NCBI GenBank assembly: GCA_965218295.1 | Contig: CBDCKN010000003.1 | Span: 320,001 to 384,000 of the forward strand | DNA from: Longimicrobiales bacterium | Lineage (GTDB): Bacteria > Gemmatimonadota > Gemmatimonadetes > Longimicrobiales > Gaopeijiaceae | DNA: 64,000 nt | Direction: 5' to 3' | Part shown: one piece after another, positions 42,385-52,646 of the stretch | Layout: every line of letters starts with the position of its first letter | Position numbering within the stretch: position 1 is the stretch's first letter | The notes under the pieces: generated by a model | Seen by the model: only the letters and a program-made list of their open reading frames with translations | What the model was told of the DNA's origin: nothing | The model's database searches: none | Made by a program: the position numbers and the translations under genes

Positions 42385-42575
42385 TCCCCCCCTGGCTCGA
42401 GACCTTCGCAGCCGATCTTGTGGACTGTATCGAGCTGGGCCTCGAAGGGGACTGGAGCGCGACGGTCAGGACGGTCTGGTCCCGCGACCAGGGCTTTCTG
42501 GGTTTCGACGGCCCGGCGACCGAGCACACGGACTTCAGGCCCGCACTCGAGCTCTACTACTGTCACGTTGAGCAT
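42381..42575 (+). pseudogene. 5' fragment of a hypothetical gene fused to an attC half-site
   Basis: ATG overlaps the upstream stop; frame runs into the attC-family repeat and stops at 42611. Confidence 0.4.
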
Positions 42576-42640
42576 CGCGCTCGCGCGCTGCGCACGCGGT
42601 CGGCATCTTGATCGCGCACTAGAATCGCGAGCCGTTAGAA
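42572..42640 (+). repeat. attC-like site, right half only (R' GTTAGAA)
   Basis: 37 bp identical to 63734-63770; aligns with 52196-52241; ends AGAATCGCGAGCCGTTAG. Confidence 0.7.
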
Positions 42641-42792
42641 CGCGCGTGATCGGCCATGATTGGAGAAGGTGACGGGATGTATGGCACGAGTCCTCATGCA
42701 CGGCACGAGCCAATCGCACTGGCACAGCTCCCCACGGCCGCGGCGGAGTGCTTGGCGCCGAAGGGTCGGTGCGCGACGAGGCCCACAGGCAA

Positions 42793-44361
42793 ATGACTGA
42801 CTGGCCGAATCGCAAACCGCGAGTGGGCGCGCCGGCGATTATGGCGTGCGGCAATCTCGTCCTGAGCCTCTTTCTCGCGGTGTTCTTCTTCTGGTGGCCG
42901 CTCGGCGCCGTCGTTCGCGGGCTCGGGATGCTGCGAGACCCCGCGACCATCCCGGAGTTCGCCTTCGAGTGGCACAGGACCCTGTCACCGCGGATCGAGG
43001 AATGGGCTCAGCGTCGGGTCGCCTCCGGCCGGGCCTCAACGCTCGCGATCTCGCAGGTGGCTGCGACCGAGTGGCCTGTCTTCGGGTCGGTCTTCTATCT
43101 CTGGGCTACGGAGGCACTTCACGATTATCGAGATGGGGCCGGGATCAGAGTTGGAGACGAACTGCCGATATCGTATGCGCGGGGTGCGATCGAGGCCTCG
43201 GCCGCCCTGATAGTCGATCCAGGGCATGCCAAATGGGTCATCGATCACTGGGGCGAGGACTACCTCAGTCGCGAAAACGTGTTCTATCGGCTCCTGATCA
43301 TCGGGGGACTCACAAGTTATCAGCGTCTCACCGGCTCTACCCGTTACGAGAGTCTCCTACGCGACCAGACCAACTCGCTTGCAGCCGAGTTGGACGCGTC
43401 GCCCGTGGGGCTTCTGGACGACTATCCGGGAGAGAGCTACACGGTTGACGTTCTGCCGGCATACGCCATGATCCGGCGAGCCGACGCTTTGCTCGGCACC
43501 GATCACTCCGAGGAGCTCGAGCGGGCAAGACGCGCCTTCTCCGGCGGGCGTGTGGATCCGGAGACAGCGCTCCCCGCGTACAGGGTCGACTCACGAACCG
43601 GCGAGGCGATCGGCCCATCCAGGGGAGTCGGGGTCTCCTACATGCTGATATGGGCCCACGAGCTTTGGCCGGACAGTGCAAGGGCCTGGTATCCGCGATT
43701 TGAAGAGCACTTCTGGCAGGAAGGTCGTTTCCTCAGCGGGTTCCGGGAGTTCACTCGATCGGAAGGGGCCGGTGAATGGCTCGTGGAGGTGGACACGGGG
43801 CCGGTCTTGGCCGGGTTAGGAACCTCCTCGAGCGGTTTCGGAATGGCAGCGGCGAGAGTCCACGGACATTCGAGGCACGCCTACGCGTTAGGCTCTGAAG
43901 CGCTTGCTGCTTCGTGGCCCCTCCCGGACGGCTCTCTCATAGGGGGACGGCTCTTCTCGAGCATGAGCGACGCGCCATTCCTGGGAGAATCGATCCTCCT
44001 CTTCGGCTTCACTCGGACCGGGCTCTCGCGGGGAAGGGAAAGCGTCGACCTTTCCCTTCCCCTTTTCGTCCCACTAATGCTCGCCGTGTTGGGCGTCGGC
44101 GGCCTGCTTTACCTAGGGGCAGGCGTGAGCAGCTACCGACGACACTCCAGTCCCATCTCGACAGTCCGATACCCCAAAGCACAGCTGACGACTTGGGCGA
44201 GCCTCCTCGTCCTCGGAGCCCTCGCCTCCTTCGCTTCGGACGATCCCTTGAGGGTCCTGCTCGTGCTCACCCTCCCTCTGCTGCTTCCTCGCGGTGGGGC
44301 GACGGCGGAACGAGCCGCAGTCGAGGCGGTGCGATCGCAAAGTGCCGGATCGCCCGTCTAG
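42793..44361 (+). CDS. Membrane-anchored hypothetical protein, possibly linalool dehydratase/isomerase-like
   Basis: Long ORF with N- and C-terminal TMs; LLDDYPGESYTVDV and GFREF motifs; family call is by recognition only. Confidence 0.55.
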   Translation: MTDWPNRKPRVGAPAIMACGNLVLSLFLAVFFFWWPLGAVVRGLGMLRDPATIPEFAFEWHRTLSPRIEEWAQRRVASGRASTLAISQVAATEWPVFGSVFYLWATEALHDYRDGAGIRVGDELPISYARGAIEASAALIVDPGHAKWVIDHWGEDYLSRENVFYRLLIIGGLTSYQRLTGSTRYESLLRDQTNSLAAELDASPVGLLDDYPGESYTVDVLPAYAMIRRADALLGTDHSEELERARRAFSGGRVDPETALPAYRVDSRTGEAIGPSRGVGVSYMLIWAHELWPDSARAWYPRFEEHFWQEGRFLSGFREFTRSEGAGEWLVEVDTGPVLAGLGTSSSGFGMAAARVHGHSRHAYALGSEALAASWPLPDGSLIGGRLFSSMSDAPFLGESILLFGFTRTGLSRGRESVDLSLPLFVPLMLAVLGVGGLLYLGAGVSSYRRHSSPISTVRYPKAQLTTWASLLVLGALASFASDDPLRVLLVLTLPLLLPRGGATAERAAVEAVRSQSAGSPV

Positions 44362-44454
44362 TCGAGTCCAAAGCTCACAAGATGCCCCCCGGCAGCGAGA
44401 GCGGAGTTGTCGTCTCCCTCTGGACCTGCTGACCGGCGCCTCAATCTGAACGTA

Positions 44455-45659
44455 TGAACAGCGCACCTGATGGTTGACACAATGGTGCCAGCTGATGGTT
44501 AACAGATTGGGTTACGTCCTGTGTTGCCGTGGGTGTCGAAAATGACGAAGAGTTCTTCGTCAAACCACCCGAGGGTAATGGGTCCGAAGTAGATTTGCCA
44601 CAGAGCGGGACCGATGGGTTCGAGCCCGATGAACTCGTTGCCGAGCGCCGAGCTGATGTTGATCCAACGCGAGTGCCAGCGGATGCCTCCGTTCGTAGAG
44701 ACCTTACGGACCTCGAAGTGCTCGGGGTATTCGATAGGCGGAAGGACATCGGGGTAGGCTCTAAGAGCCGATCGGTAGACTGAATCGGGCGTCGCATCGT
44801 CGAGCGCCTCATGCGGCCGGATGGAATTGAAGGTGCGGCGGAAGTGGTTGAAGTGACGCTGCTGGGCACGGAGGTTGGCCTTCGGCGGCCGAGTGGCTTC
44901 GCGCTTGAGGGTTCGGTGCATGCGTTCGTGACGGCCATTCTGCTGCGGCTTACCAGGCTCGATGGTCTCAGGACGGATGCCGAGCCGGATCCACCAAGCG
45001 CTGAGGCGTGTGAGCCGAGCGAGGCCGATGGAAGCGAAGGGCGTGCCGTTGTCGGAGCGGATGACGGCGGGAACGCCGAACTCACGGAAGACCTTGATGA
45101 ATACGGGCTTGGCGAGCTCGATCGACGTGGAGTACAGCCCTCTGCACTCGAGCAGGAATCGGCTGAAACCGTCCTGGATGGTAAGGGGATAGCAGTAGCG
45201 GCCGTTGAGCATCTTGAACTGGCCTTTGAAGTCGACCGTCCAGACCGCATTGGGCTCGTCCATGGGGGTGAGTGGCTTACCGGGATGGCCCGGCTTACCG
45301 GAGCGTCGGCGCTTCTTCGTGATCAGGTCGTGACGCTCGAAGATACGGTCGATCGTCCTGCGAGCTGGTGCCTCGCCGAACTTCTCAGCTGTGAGTTTAC
45401 GGATCTTGCGTGATCCCCACCCGTAGCGCTGACGCAGATCCACGACGTGTTCCACGACACCTTCCGCTACGGCATGCGGGCAGTGGTGGGGCCGGTGAGA
45501 GCGGTCGTGGAGTCCCTCGAATCCCTCCGCGAGGAACCGTGTCCACCACTTGTATCCGGCGGCCCTGCTGATGCTGTAGCGCCTACAGGACTCGGCGAAA
45601 CTGAAGGTGCGTTGCTGAACTTCGAGGATGAAACGTACTCTTTGCTCGTACATGGTCAA
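44455..45659 (-). mobile_element. IS481-family element type B, copy 1; 5' end missing
   Basis: Repeated TGT(C/T)AACCATCAG motifs at the 3' end; 5' end fused to a truncated cupin gene. Confidence 0.8.
44499..45659 (-). CDS. IS481 family transposase (probably missing the first codons)
   Basis: HTH; WTVDFKG, DGFSR, RSDNGTPF, QNGRHERMHRTLK, RPHEAL. Confidence 0.88.
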   Translation of the reverse strand: MTMYEQRVRFILEVQQRTFSFAESCRRYSISRAAGYKWWTRFLAEGFEGLHDRSHRPHHCPHAVAEGVVEHVVDLRQRYGWGSRKIRKLTAEKFGEAPARRTIDRIFERHDLITKKRRRSGKPGHPGKPLTPMDEPNAVWTVDFKGQFKMLNGRYCYPLTIQDGFSRFLLECRGLYSTSIELAKPVFIKVFREFGVPAVIRSDNGTPFASIGLARLTRLSAWWIRLGIRPETIEPGKPQQNGRHERMHRTLKREATRPPKANLRAQQRHFNHFRRTFNSIRPHEALDDATPDSVYRSALRAYPDVLPPIEYPEHFEVRKVSTNGGIRWHSRWINISSALGNEFIGLEPIGPALWQIYFGPITLGWFDEELFVIFDTHGNTGRNPIC

Positions 45660-45921
45660 GGCACGTGAAGAAAGGTGCCAGTGTTAGCCTCGATCTCGTC
45701 TCCGTCCACCCAAAAAGTGACTGTTCCTTCTAAGATGTAGAATCCTTCTTCTTCCCGCGTCTGGATGTGGGGGGGGGGCCTCCGCCTGGCGGGACGAGCC
45801 CCTCCATAATGAAGTAATGGCCGTCGGTTTCCTCCCCAGTCGCCAGGTATCGGTATTCATCGCCGGCCCCCTGGATGGTCTCTCGATCATCCTGCGGGCG
45901 CACCACAATGGCCTTTCCCAT
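45660..45921 (-). pseudogene. Cupin-domain protein, truncated at the IS481 junction and frameshifted in a G run
   Basis: MGKAIVVRP...VPPGGGPPP then, after the shift, HIQTREEEGFYILEGTVTFWVDG...GTFLHVP. Confidence 0.75.
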
Positions 45922-46005
45922 GGATCGTCCTCATATGAGAGCGGAATTCGGTCCCGGTGGTCCCACCTGCTCCGAAATGATGGGCCCGTAATGTCATGGG
46001 GGGAA

Positions 46006-46029
46006 GCTGCCTAAAAGGAGTTATACAGC
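46006..46029 (+). other. Cassette start core site GTTATAC (46020), in a possibly attI-like context
   Basis: GTTATACAGC is the reverse complement of GCTGTATAAC at the cassette end; preceded by GCCTAAAAGGA. Confidence 0.6.
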
Positions 46030-46047
46030 GCTCTCCGACAATGACGC

Positions 46048-46076
46048 TGGACGTTAATAGCGCGATACGTTATGGT
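46048..46076 (+). promoter_or_regulatory. Sigma70-type promoter of the higBA cassette, probably leaderless
   Basis: TGGACG-17bp-TATGGT, ending 5 bp before the GTG start. Confidence 0.6.
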
Positions 46077-46081
46077 TAGCG

Positions 46082-46363
46082 GTGATCAAGAGCTTCAAGG
46101 ATCGAGACGCCGAGCGGCTCTTCCATCGTAGGCCGGTCAGGCGGCTGGGCACCGATGTCCAGCGTACCGCCCTTCGGAAGCTCCGCATGCTCGACGCTGC
46201 GACGACGCTCGATGACCTACGCATACCCCCGGCGAACCGACTGGAAAAGCTGAAGGGGGACCGAGCGGGGCAGCATAGCATCCGCGTCAACCGACGGTGG
46301 CGGATCTGCTTTCGGTGGCGTTCGAGCGACGCGCACGACGTTGAGATTGTCGATTACCATTGA
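46082..46363 (+). CDS. higB: HigB toxin (RelE/ParE superfamily)
   Basis: MIKSFKD, PPANRLEKLKGDRAGQHSIRVNRRWRICFRW, VEIVDYH. Confidence 0.93.
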   Translation: MIKSFKDRDAERLFHRRPVRRLGTDVQRTALRKLRMLDAATTLDDLRIPPANRLEKLKGDRAGQHSIRVNRRWRICFRWRSSDAHDVEIVDYH

Positions 46364-46372
46364 GGGAATGCC

Positions 46373-46684
46373 ATGGCCACGACGACGCTAACGCCAATCC
46401 ACCCTGGTGAGGTCCTGCTTGAGGAGTTTCTCGAGCCTATGGGCATCAGCCAGTATCGTTTGGCGAAGGACATCAGTGTATCTCCACGCCGCATCAATGA
46501 GATCGTGCATGGCAAGCGCGCCGTGACGGCCGACACGGCACTCCGGTTATCCCGATACTTCGGAACGTCGGACAAGTTCTGGCTCAATCTCCAGACGGGT
46601 TATGATCTCGATGTCGAACGCGATCGGCTTGGAGACCGACTGGAAGCCGAGGTCCTACCCCGCGCTGCTCGGGATCAACTTTGA
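46373..46684 (+). CDS. higA: HigA antitoxin; last codons replaced by the IS30 end
   Basis: PIHPGEVLLEEFL, RRINEIVHGKRAVTADTALRL, FWLNLQ; original end VLPRAV-TAA lies at 52163-52170. Confidence 0.93.
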   Translation: MATTTLTPIHPGEVLLEEFLEPMGISQYRLAKDISVSPRRINEIVHGKRAVTADTALRLSRYFGTSDKFWLNLQTGYDLDVERDRLGDRLEAEVLPRAARDQL

Positions 46685-46956
46685 AGTGCAACAGGGGCTA
46701 GGCTTTTGAGTTGAGTTCATAACAATCCTTGGGGGTGAGGAAGCCGAGTCGTTTACGAGGTCGGTTGTTGAGTTTGTGAGCGATGCGGTTGCAAGCATGC
46801 TGGGTGATGTGAGCCATGCTGGTACGCTTCGGCAGATACTGACGGATCAGGCCGTTCGTGTTCCGGAACCTGTCAACGCCAGTGAGACACTCTTGGAAAT
46901 CAATTAGAGAGCAATCTCCTGTGTAGTGAGGGATGGGGTGGGAGGATTGATCCAGA

Positions 46957-48187
46957 TGTACAGAGATGGTAATGACCTGACAGTTGGCCCTCGCCGGAGC
47001 TGTGTCTAGGCTGCCTTCGTCTTAGCCTCCTCCTTCCTGGCCTTTGCGGCCTTCCTGGCGTCGGTGAGACCGGCCTTGAAGACCTGATAGGGCGTGCGGC
47101 CCTCCATGGCTCGACCGCGGTGCGGCCGCTTCCGGTTGTAGGTCTCCAGATACGCCTCGAGGTCCTGCTGCATCTCCTCGACGGTCTCGTACCAGGTGGT
47201 GCGGCCCTTCACCCTCAAGTGCTCGTCGAGGAGCGTGCGGTGGAAGCGCTCGATGAAGCCGTTGGACTGGGGCCTGCCCACCTTCGTCGTGCGGTGCTCG
47301 ATGTCCTCGAGCTGAAGGAACAGCTCATATGGGTGACGGTCCGGACGGCCGCAGAACTCGCGGCCGTTGTCGCTGAGCACGGTCTTCACCCGGACCCGGT
47401 GCTCATCGAAGAACGGCAACACGTCGTTATTCATCACCTGCACCGCCGTGAGCGGGAGCTTGCTCGTGTAGAGCCGGCCCCAGGCGTAGCGGCTGAAGCA
47501 ATCGAGCACGGTCTGCAGGTACACCTTGCCGACCCCCTTCAGCGTTCCGACGAAGAACGTGTCCACGGCGACGAGGTCGCCCGGGTAATGGACTTCGATG
47601 TGGCGCTCCCGGAACTCGGGACTGAAGCGCTCCAGCAGCTCGATCTGCTCGTCGGTCAGCTTCAGCTTCCGTTCCCTGGCCGTCTCTTCGAGCCTGAGCA
47701 GCCGTTCGTGCTTCGTGGTGAGGCCATGCCGGCTCCACACGCCCCGTACGCCTCCTGAGCTCACCTGGATCCCTCCGAGCAGCAACTCGTCCGCGACCCG
47801 CTGAGCTCCGTGCGTCGGAGCCTCCAAGGCGTGGGCCAAGACCGCCTGCTCAATCTCTTCACTCACCCGGTTCGGGTGCGGTCCCTTCGGCCCCGGAAGC
47901 TGGTCGATCAGCCCCTCGGCCCCGTAAAGCTGGAAGTTCCTCCTGATCTCGTAGAACTGCTGCCGGCTGTAGCCCACGATCTTGCACGCCTTGCTCACGT
48001 TGCCGAGCTCCTGGGCCAACTGTAGCAGGCTCAGCTTGCGGCGCGCTATCTTCTCCCCCTGGACGGTGGTCATCTTCTCTCCCGTGCTAAGTGAGTGACT
48101 TCGACATCTCTCAATTAGCTCCGGCGAGGGCGGCTGGCCACCGTCCTCTCTCGTGGTCAACTGTCAGGTGAATACCGTCTCAGCACA
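46957..48187 (-). mobile_element. IS481-family element type A, copy 1 (1231 bp)
   Basis: TGT...ACA TIRs (TGTACAGAGATGGTAATGACCTGACAGTTG / TGTGCTGAGACGGTATTCACCTGACAGTTG); 7-bp TSD ATCCAGA. Confidence 0.92.
47006..48073 (-). CDS. IS481 family transposase
   Basis: GNVSKACKIVGYSRQQFY, DTFFVGTLKGVG, SDNGREFCG, NGFIERFHRT. Confidence 0.92.
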   Translation of the reverse strand: MTTVQGEKIARRKLSLLQLAQELGNVSKACKIVGYSRQQFYEIRRNFQLYGAEGLIDQLPGPKGPHPNRVSEEIEQAVLAHALEAPTHGAQRVADELLLGGIQVSSGGVRGVWSRHGLTTKHERLLRLEETARERKLKLTDEQIELLERFSPEFRERHIEVHYPGDLVAVDTFFVGTLKGVGKVYLQTVLDCFSRYAWGRLYTSKLPLTAVQVMNNDVLPFFDEHRVRVKTVLSDNGREFCGRPDRHPYELFLQLEDIEHRTTKVGRPQSNGFIERFHRTLLDEHLRVKGRTTWYETVEEMQQDLEAYLETYNRKRPHRGRAMEGRTPYQVFKAGLTDARKAAKARKEEAKTKAA

Positions 48188-49144
48188 ATCCAGACGGCCT
48201 CCGGGAGTGGTTTAGGCTTCGGCTCACCGGAGACGAAGCGCTCGGGATGAGCGGCCCATGCCTCACGGAGCACGGCCTTCCTGCAGGCGATGATCCGATC
48301 GGCGTGACCGAAGTGGACCTGTTCGGGGGTCAGCATCGAGATGCCGCCATGGCGGTGCTCGGCATTATACCAACGGAAGAACGAGCGACAGAAGGTCTTG
48401 GCTTGCCCCTGATCCCCGAACCGGCCGGGAAACGAGGGATGGTACTTCAAGGTCTTGAACTGAGCCTCGGAGAACGGATTGTCATCCGAGACCTGGGGTC
48501 GGCCCAACGAGCGGGTCACGCCGAGATCGGCGAGTAGTTGAGCCGTGCATTGGCTCGTCATCGGAGCCCTCGATCGGAATGCAGGGTCAGGAGGTGGGGC
48601 TGGACGCCATGCTTCAAGCAACTCTGCTGGATCAGCCGGCTGGCCAGGGCAGAGTTCTCCCGATCCGCCACCATCCATCCCACGACGTAGCGGCTGAAGA
48701 TGTCCAGGATCACGTAGAGGTAGAAGTAACTCCACTTCTTCGGCCCCAGCAGCCGGGTGATATCCCAGGACCAGACCTGGTTCGGGCCCCTCGCCATCAA
48801 CTCGGGTTTCTGGTATTTGGGATGACTCCGCTGCGCTCGACGCTCCTGAACCGGCACCTGGGAAGCCAGAACGCGATACATCGTACGCTCGCTGCACAGG
48901 TAGACGTCCTCGTCGAGCAGCGTCGCCACCACCTCGGCTGGGGACCGGTCCACGAACCGCTCCGAACACAGCGTGTCGAAGACCTTGTCTCGTTCCTTCT
49001 CGCTTAAGGCCCGGGCGGGGGTCGGGCGGGGCTGCTGATGCCCGGTCGATGGCCTCCGACGACGGTAGAACGTGGCTCGCGGCACCCTGAGCGCATCGCA
49101 CGCGGGCTTCACCCCTACGTGCTTGGCTAGCTCCTGGGTCGCCT

Positions 49145-49594
49145 TCATGAGTTCGTCCCGTCCTCGAGGCTCAATCCCAGCAGCCCTGCAACTTTTCCCT
49201 GGACGTCGATGATCAAGTGCGCCTTCTGGAGCTCCTTCTCGAGGCGAGTGTTCTCGCGCTCCAGCTTGCGCACCTTCTCCTCCAGCGGATTGCGCTCGCG
49301 CTTACGGCCTCGTTTCTTCGACAGCGCTTTCAGGGACCCGCTATGCGCCGCCTTGCGCCATGTCGTCAGGTGCGACGAGTACAAGCCCTCCCGCCGTAGG
49401 AGTCGGCCAACCTCTCCGGGCTCCGTGCACCGGTCCGCTTCTTCGACGATCCGCAGCTTGTACGACGGAGCGAACCGCCGGCGCAGCGGCCTATCTACCA
49501 CCTCCGAGTCCGCAGGAGCTGCCGCGCTTCGCTTACCGTCCCAGGTTGGTGGGGCTATTCCATTCTCTTTCATTCTCTCTCGGTGTCTCAGCAT
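49145..49594 (-). CDS. IS3-like OrfA
   Basis: RRRFAPSYKLRIV, LLRREGLYSSHLTTWR, leucine zipper. Confidence 0.85.
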   Translation of the reverse strand: MLRHRERMKENGIAPPTWDGKRSAAAPADSEVVDRPLRRRFAPSYKLRIVEEADRCTEPGEVGRLLRREGLYSSHLTTWRKAAHSGSLKALSKKRGRKRERNPLEEKVRKLERENTRLEKELQKAHLIIDVQGKVAGLLGLSLEDGTNS

Positions 49595-50293
49595 CCTCGG
49601 TTTCTCTGCCTTCGCCCTACTCTAATTCCTTAGCTGCTCCGTGTCTCACGTAAGTTGGCAGAGAGGGTTCTCGCTGGTCCCCCTTTCCCAAGAGTGGTAG
49701 GGGGTGGCGAAGTAGAATTTCGATCCGGTTTCTGCTTCGATCCCTCGCCCCATAGCCGTGGAACTCAGTTCCGTTGTCGGCCGTGATGGTGTGAGTGGGG
49801 CGAGCGGCAGTCTTGATCAGACGAACGGCTCGACGGTTCGTAGCCTCGACGGTACGAGCCTCGAGCTTGCCGATCATCACGTAGCCCGTCTTATGATCGA
49901 CGAAGGTGAGGACGCAGTGCTTGTCGGAGCTGGTACCGATCACGGTATCGGCTTCGAGGTGGCCGACTCGGCTTCGGTTCTGTGCACCAGCTGGGCGCTC
50001 AGATATCGGCCGTTTGCCGGCCAACCGACCTCGGGAATCATAGGATCCGTACCGTTTTCGGCGTTGCTTGGGCGAACAGTGCAGATGCAGATACAGGCGG
50101 CCACCGCGCTTTCGGTCGCGCCAGATGTGGCGGTAGATGGTCTCGTGGCTGATCGAGAGCCGAGCCTTGCGCCGTAACCAGCCTGCGGCTTGCTCAGGGC
50201 TCCACTGTTGCCTGAGGCACGCCTCCACCATTCGCCAGTCCGATGCACCGAAGCGGAGCCTGTCAACGCCAGTGAGACACTCTTGGAAATCAA

Positions 50294-51301
50294 TTAGAGA
50301 GCAATCTCCTGTGTCGTGAGGGAGGGGGTTGGAGGATTGATCCAGACGGCCTCCGGGAGCGGTTTGGGCTTCGGCTCACCGGAGACGAAGCGGTCGGGAT
50401 GAGCGGCCCAGGCCTCGCGTAGCACAGCCTCCCTGCCGGCGATGACCTGATCGGCGTGACCGAAGTGGACCTGTTCGGGGGTCAGCATCGAGATGCCGCC
50501 ATGGCGGTGCTCGGCATTGTACCAGCGGAAGAACGAGCGACAGAACATTTTGGCCTGGCCCTGATCCTCGAACCGTCCAGGAAACGAGGGATGGTACTTC
50601 AAGGTCTTGAACTGGGCCTCGGAGAACGGATTGTCATCCGACACCTGAGGTCGGCTCAGCGAGCGGGTCACCCCGAGATCGGCGAGGAGCTGAGCCGTGC
50701 ATTGGCTCGTCATCGGAGCTCCTCGATCCGAGTGCAAGGTCAGGACCTGGGGCTGGACGCCATGCTTCAGGCAACTCTGCTGGATCAGGCGCCCGGCCAA
50801 GGCCGAGTTCTCCCGATCCGCCACCATCCATCCCACGATGTAGCGGCTGAAGATGTCCATGATGACGTAGAGGTAGAAGTAGCTCCACTTCCTCGGCCCC
50901 AGCAGCCGTGTGATATCCCAGGACCAGACCTGGCCCGGGCCCGTCGCCATCAACTCGGGTTTCTGGTATTCGGGATGACTCCGCTGCGCTCGGCGCTCTC
51001 GAACTGGCACTTGGGAGGCCAGAACGCGATACATCGTACGTTCGCTGCACAGGTAGACGTCTTCGTCGAGCAGGGTCGCCACAACCTCGGCCGGGGACCG
51101 GTCCACGAATCGCTCCGAACACAGCGTGTCGAAGACCTTGTCTCGTTCCTTCTCGCTCAAGGCCCGGGCTGGGGTCGGGCGGGGCTGCTGATGCCCGGTC
51201 GATGGCCTCCGACGACGATAGAACGTGGCTCGGGCGACCCTGAGCGCATCGCACGCGGGCTTTACCCCTACGTACGTGGCCAGCGCCTCGGCCGCCTTCA
51301 C
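50294..51301 (-). CDS. IS3-like OrfB (DDE integrase core)
   Basis: WSWDIT, DIFSRYIVGW, HSDRG, DNPFSEAQFKTLK. Confidence 0.88.
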   Translation of the reverse strand: MKAAEALATYVGVKPACDALRVARATFYRRRRPSTGHQQPRPTPARALSEKERDKVFDTLCSERFVDRSPAEVVATLLDEDVYLCSERTMYRVLASQVPVRERRAQRSHPEYQKPELMATGPGQVWSWDITRLLGPRKWSYFYLYVIMDIFSRYIVGWMVADRENSALAGRLIQQSCLKHGVQPQVLTLHSDRGAPMTSQCTAQLLADLGVTRSLSRPQVSDDNPFSEAQFKTLKYHPSFPGRFEDQGQAKMFCRSFFRWYNAEHRHGGISMLTPEQVHFGHADQVIAGREAVLREAWAAHPDRFVSGEPKPKPLPEAVWINPPTPSLTTQEIAL

Positions 51302-51750
51302 GAGTTCGTCCCGTCCTCGAGGCTCAATCCCAGCAGCCCTGCAACTTTTCCCTGGACGTCGATGATCAGGCGCGCCTTCTCGAGTTCCTTCTCCAGGCGA
51401 GTGTTCTCGCGCTCCAGCTTGCGCACTTTCCCCTCCAGCGGATTCCGTTCGCTCGGCTTTCGACCTCGTCTCTTCGACAGCACTCTCAGCGACCCACTCC
51501 GCACCGCCTTGCGCCATGTCGTCAGGTGCGACGAGTACAAGCCCTCCCGTCGCAGGAGTCGCCCTACCTTCTCCCGGCTCCGTGCACCGGTCCGCTTCTT
51601 CGACGACCCGCAGCTTGTACGACGGACTAAACCGTCGGCGCGTCGGCTTATCTACCACCTCCGGTCCGGAGCAGCTGCCGCGCTTCGCTTACCCTCCCAG
51701 GTTAGTGGGGCGATTCCATTCTCTTCCATTCTCTCTCGGTGTCCCAGCAT
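51298..51750 (-). pseudogene. IS3-like OrfA with a 1-bp insertion near 51570
   Basis: Homologous to 49145..49594 but split across two frames. Confidence 0.75.
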
Positions 51751-52164
51751 CCTCGGTTTCTCTGCCTTCGCCCTACTCTAATTCTTTACTCGTTCCGTGT
51801 CTCACCTAAGTTGGCAGAGAGGGAAGCGCTCATTGCGGCGCGATCTGCCTCGTCTCCACCGGGCGTAGTCATCGGCCAGGTCCGGTCGATAGGCCCGGCC
51901 CTGACGATCCTTCGAGTTGCGGCGCACCTCACGGCTGATCGTACTTCGATGTCGGCCCAGTGCTCGAGCGATCGCAGCTTGGTTGCATCCTTGTTTTCTG
52001 AGCGCAGAGAGCGCATATCGCTCACCAGAGGTGAGCTGGCGATACCTGTTCATGAACTTCCTCCTTTTCGTCGAGAAGGAAGGTCTAGGGCGTCCCAGCT
52101 CGCCTCAACTTCTTTGTGGAGTTCGGTCGGGTGGTTTGTTGCACTTACTATATGAATCCAAGCT

Positions 52165-52242
52165 GTATAACAAGCGATTGCTGCAGTCGCGGTAGGCATC
52201 AGGGTCGCGCGCTTCGCTTGCGGTCACCATTGTTGTCGCGCA
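52165..52242 (+). repeat. attC of the higBA cassette, left part
   Basis: GTATAAC AAGCGATTGCTGCAGTCGCG...; pairs with 58970-58993 to give an imperfect palindrome of about 100 bp. Confidence 0.8.
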
Positions 52243-52646
52243 CCTATAAAGCGGACCCGGTCAATAGGACGCACGCCACCTAGGGCCTGCGCGAGCAGGC
52301 CATCGTAGGTGTTCTTCAGATCCTTCAGCATCCCCAAGTCTCCTGCGGCGTGATGTTGAGAAGTGGTTGGATCACGCGACCGATCGAAGGCGAGTCTTGT
52401 CAGGGACTCGAGCACCTATTCGGGGTTCGGCCTCTGTAGCGTGGCACGTCCCATCCCTCTCTGCCAACTTACGTGAGACACAGAGCAGCTAAGGAATTAG
52501 AGTAGGGCGAAGGCAGAGAAACCGAGGATGCTGAGACACCGAGAGAGAATGAAAGAGAATGGAATAGCCCCACCCCTCTCTGCCAACTTACGTGAGACAC
52601 GGAGCAGCTAAGGAATTAGAGTAGGGCGAAGGCAGAGAAACCGAGG

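Larger units (their letters stand above)
46904..49148 (-). pseudogene. IS3-like OrfB, 1-bp deletion near 48567 and IS481 insertion
   Basis: Near-identical to 53093..54100. Confidence 0.85.
46864..49667 (-). mobile_element. IS3-like element, copy A, interrupted by IS481
   Basis: Ends CGGAACCTGTCAAC / GTTGGCAGAGAGGG; 3-bp TSD TTC. Confidence 0.88.
50254..51823 (-). mobile_element. IS3-like element, copy B (divergent isoform)
   Basis: Same end type; 3-bp TSD AAG; many substitutions relative to copies A and C. Confidence 0.88.
46698..52053 (-). pseudogene. IS30 transposase in three pieces
   Basis: Pieces match 60305-61277: MNRYRQLTSGER, HLEADTV, ADNGTEF, LNNRPRKRLG. Confidence 0.85.
46668..52162 (-). 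mobile_element. IS30-family element, copy 1, split by two IS3-like elements
   Basis: 25-bp imperfect TIRs CTCGGGATCAACTTTGAAGTGCAAC / CTTGGATTCATATAGTAAGTGCAAC; 3-bp TSD CTG. Confidence 0.88.

Noticed and set aside
50294..51658. 454-aa ORF as a natural OrfAB fusion
   Set aside because: Produced by a 1-bp insertion near 51570, well upstream of the slippery site; the middle section is out-of-frame orfA
52224..52415. Small ORF MLESLTRLAFD... (also 56082..56342) as an accessory IS110 gene
   Set aside because: No RBS or recognisable family, different C-termini in the two copies, and it overlaps the predicted guide RNA region
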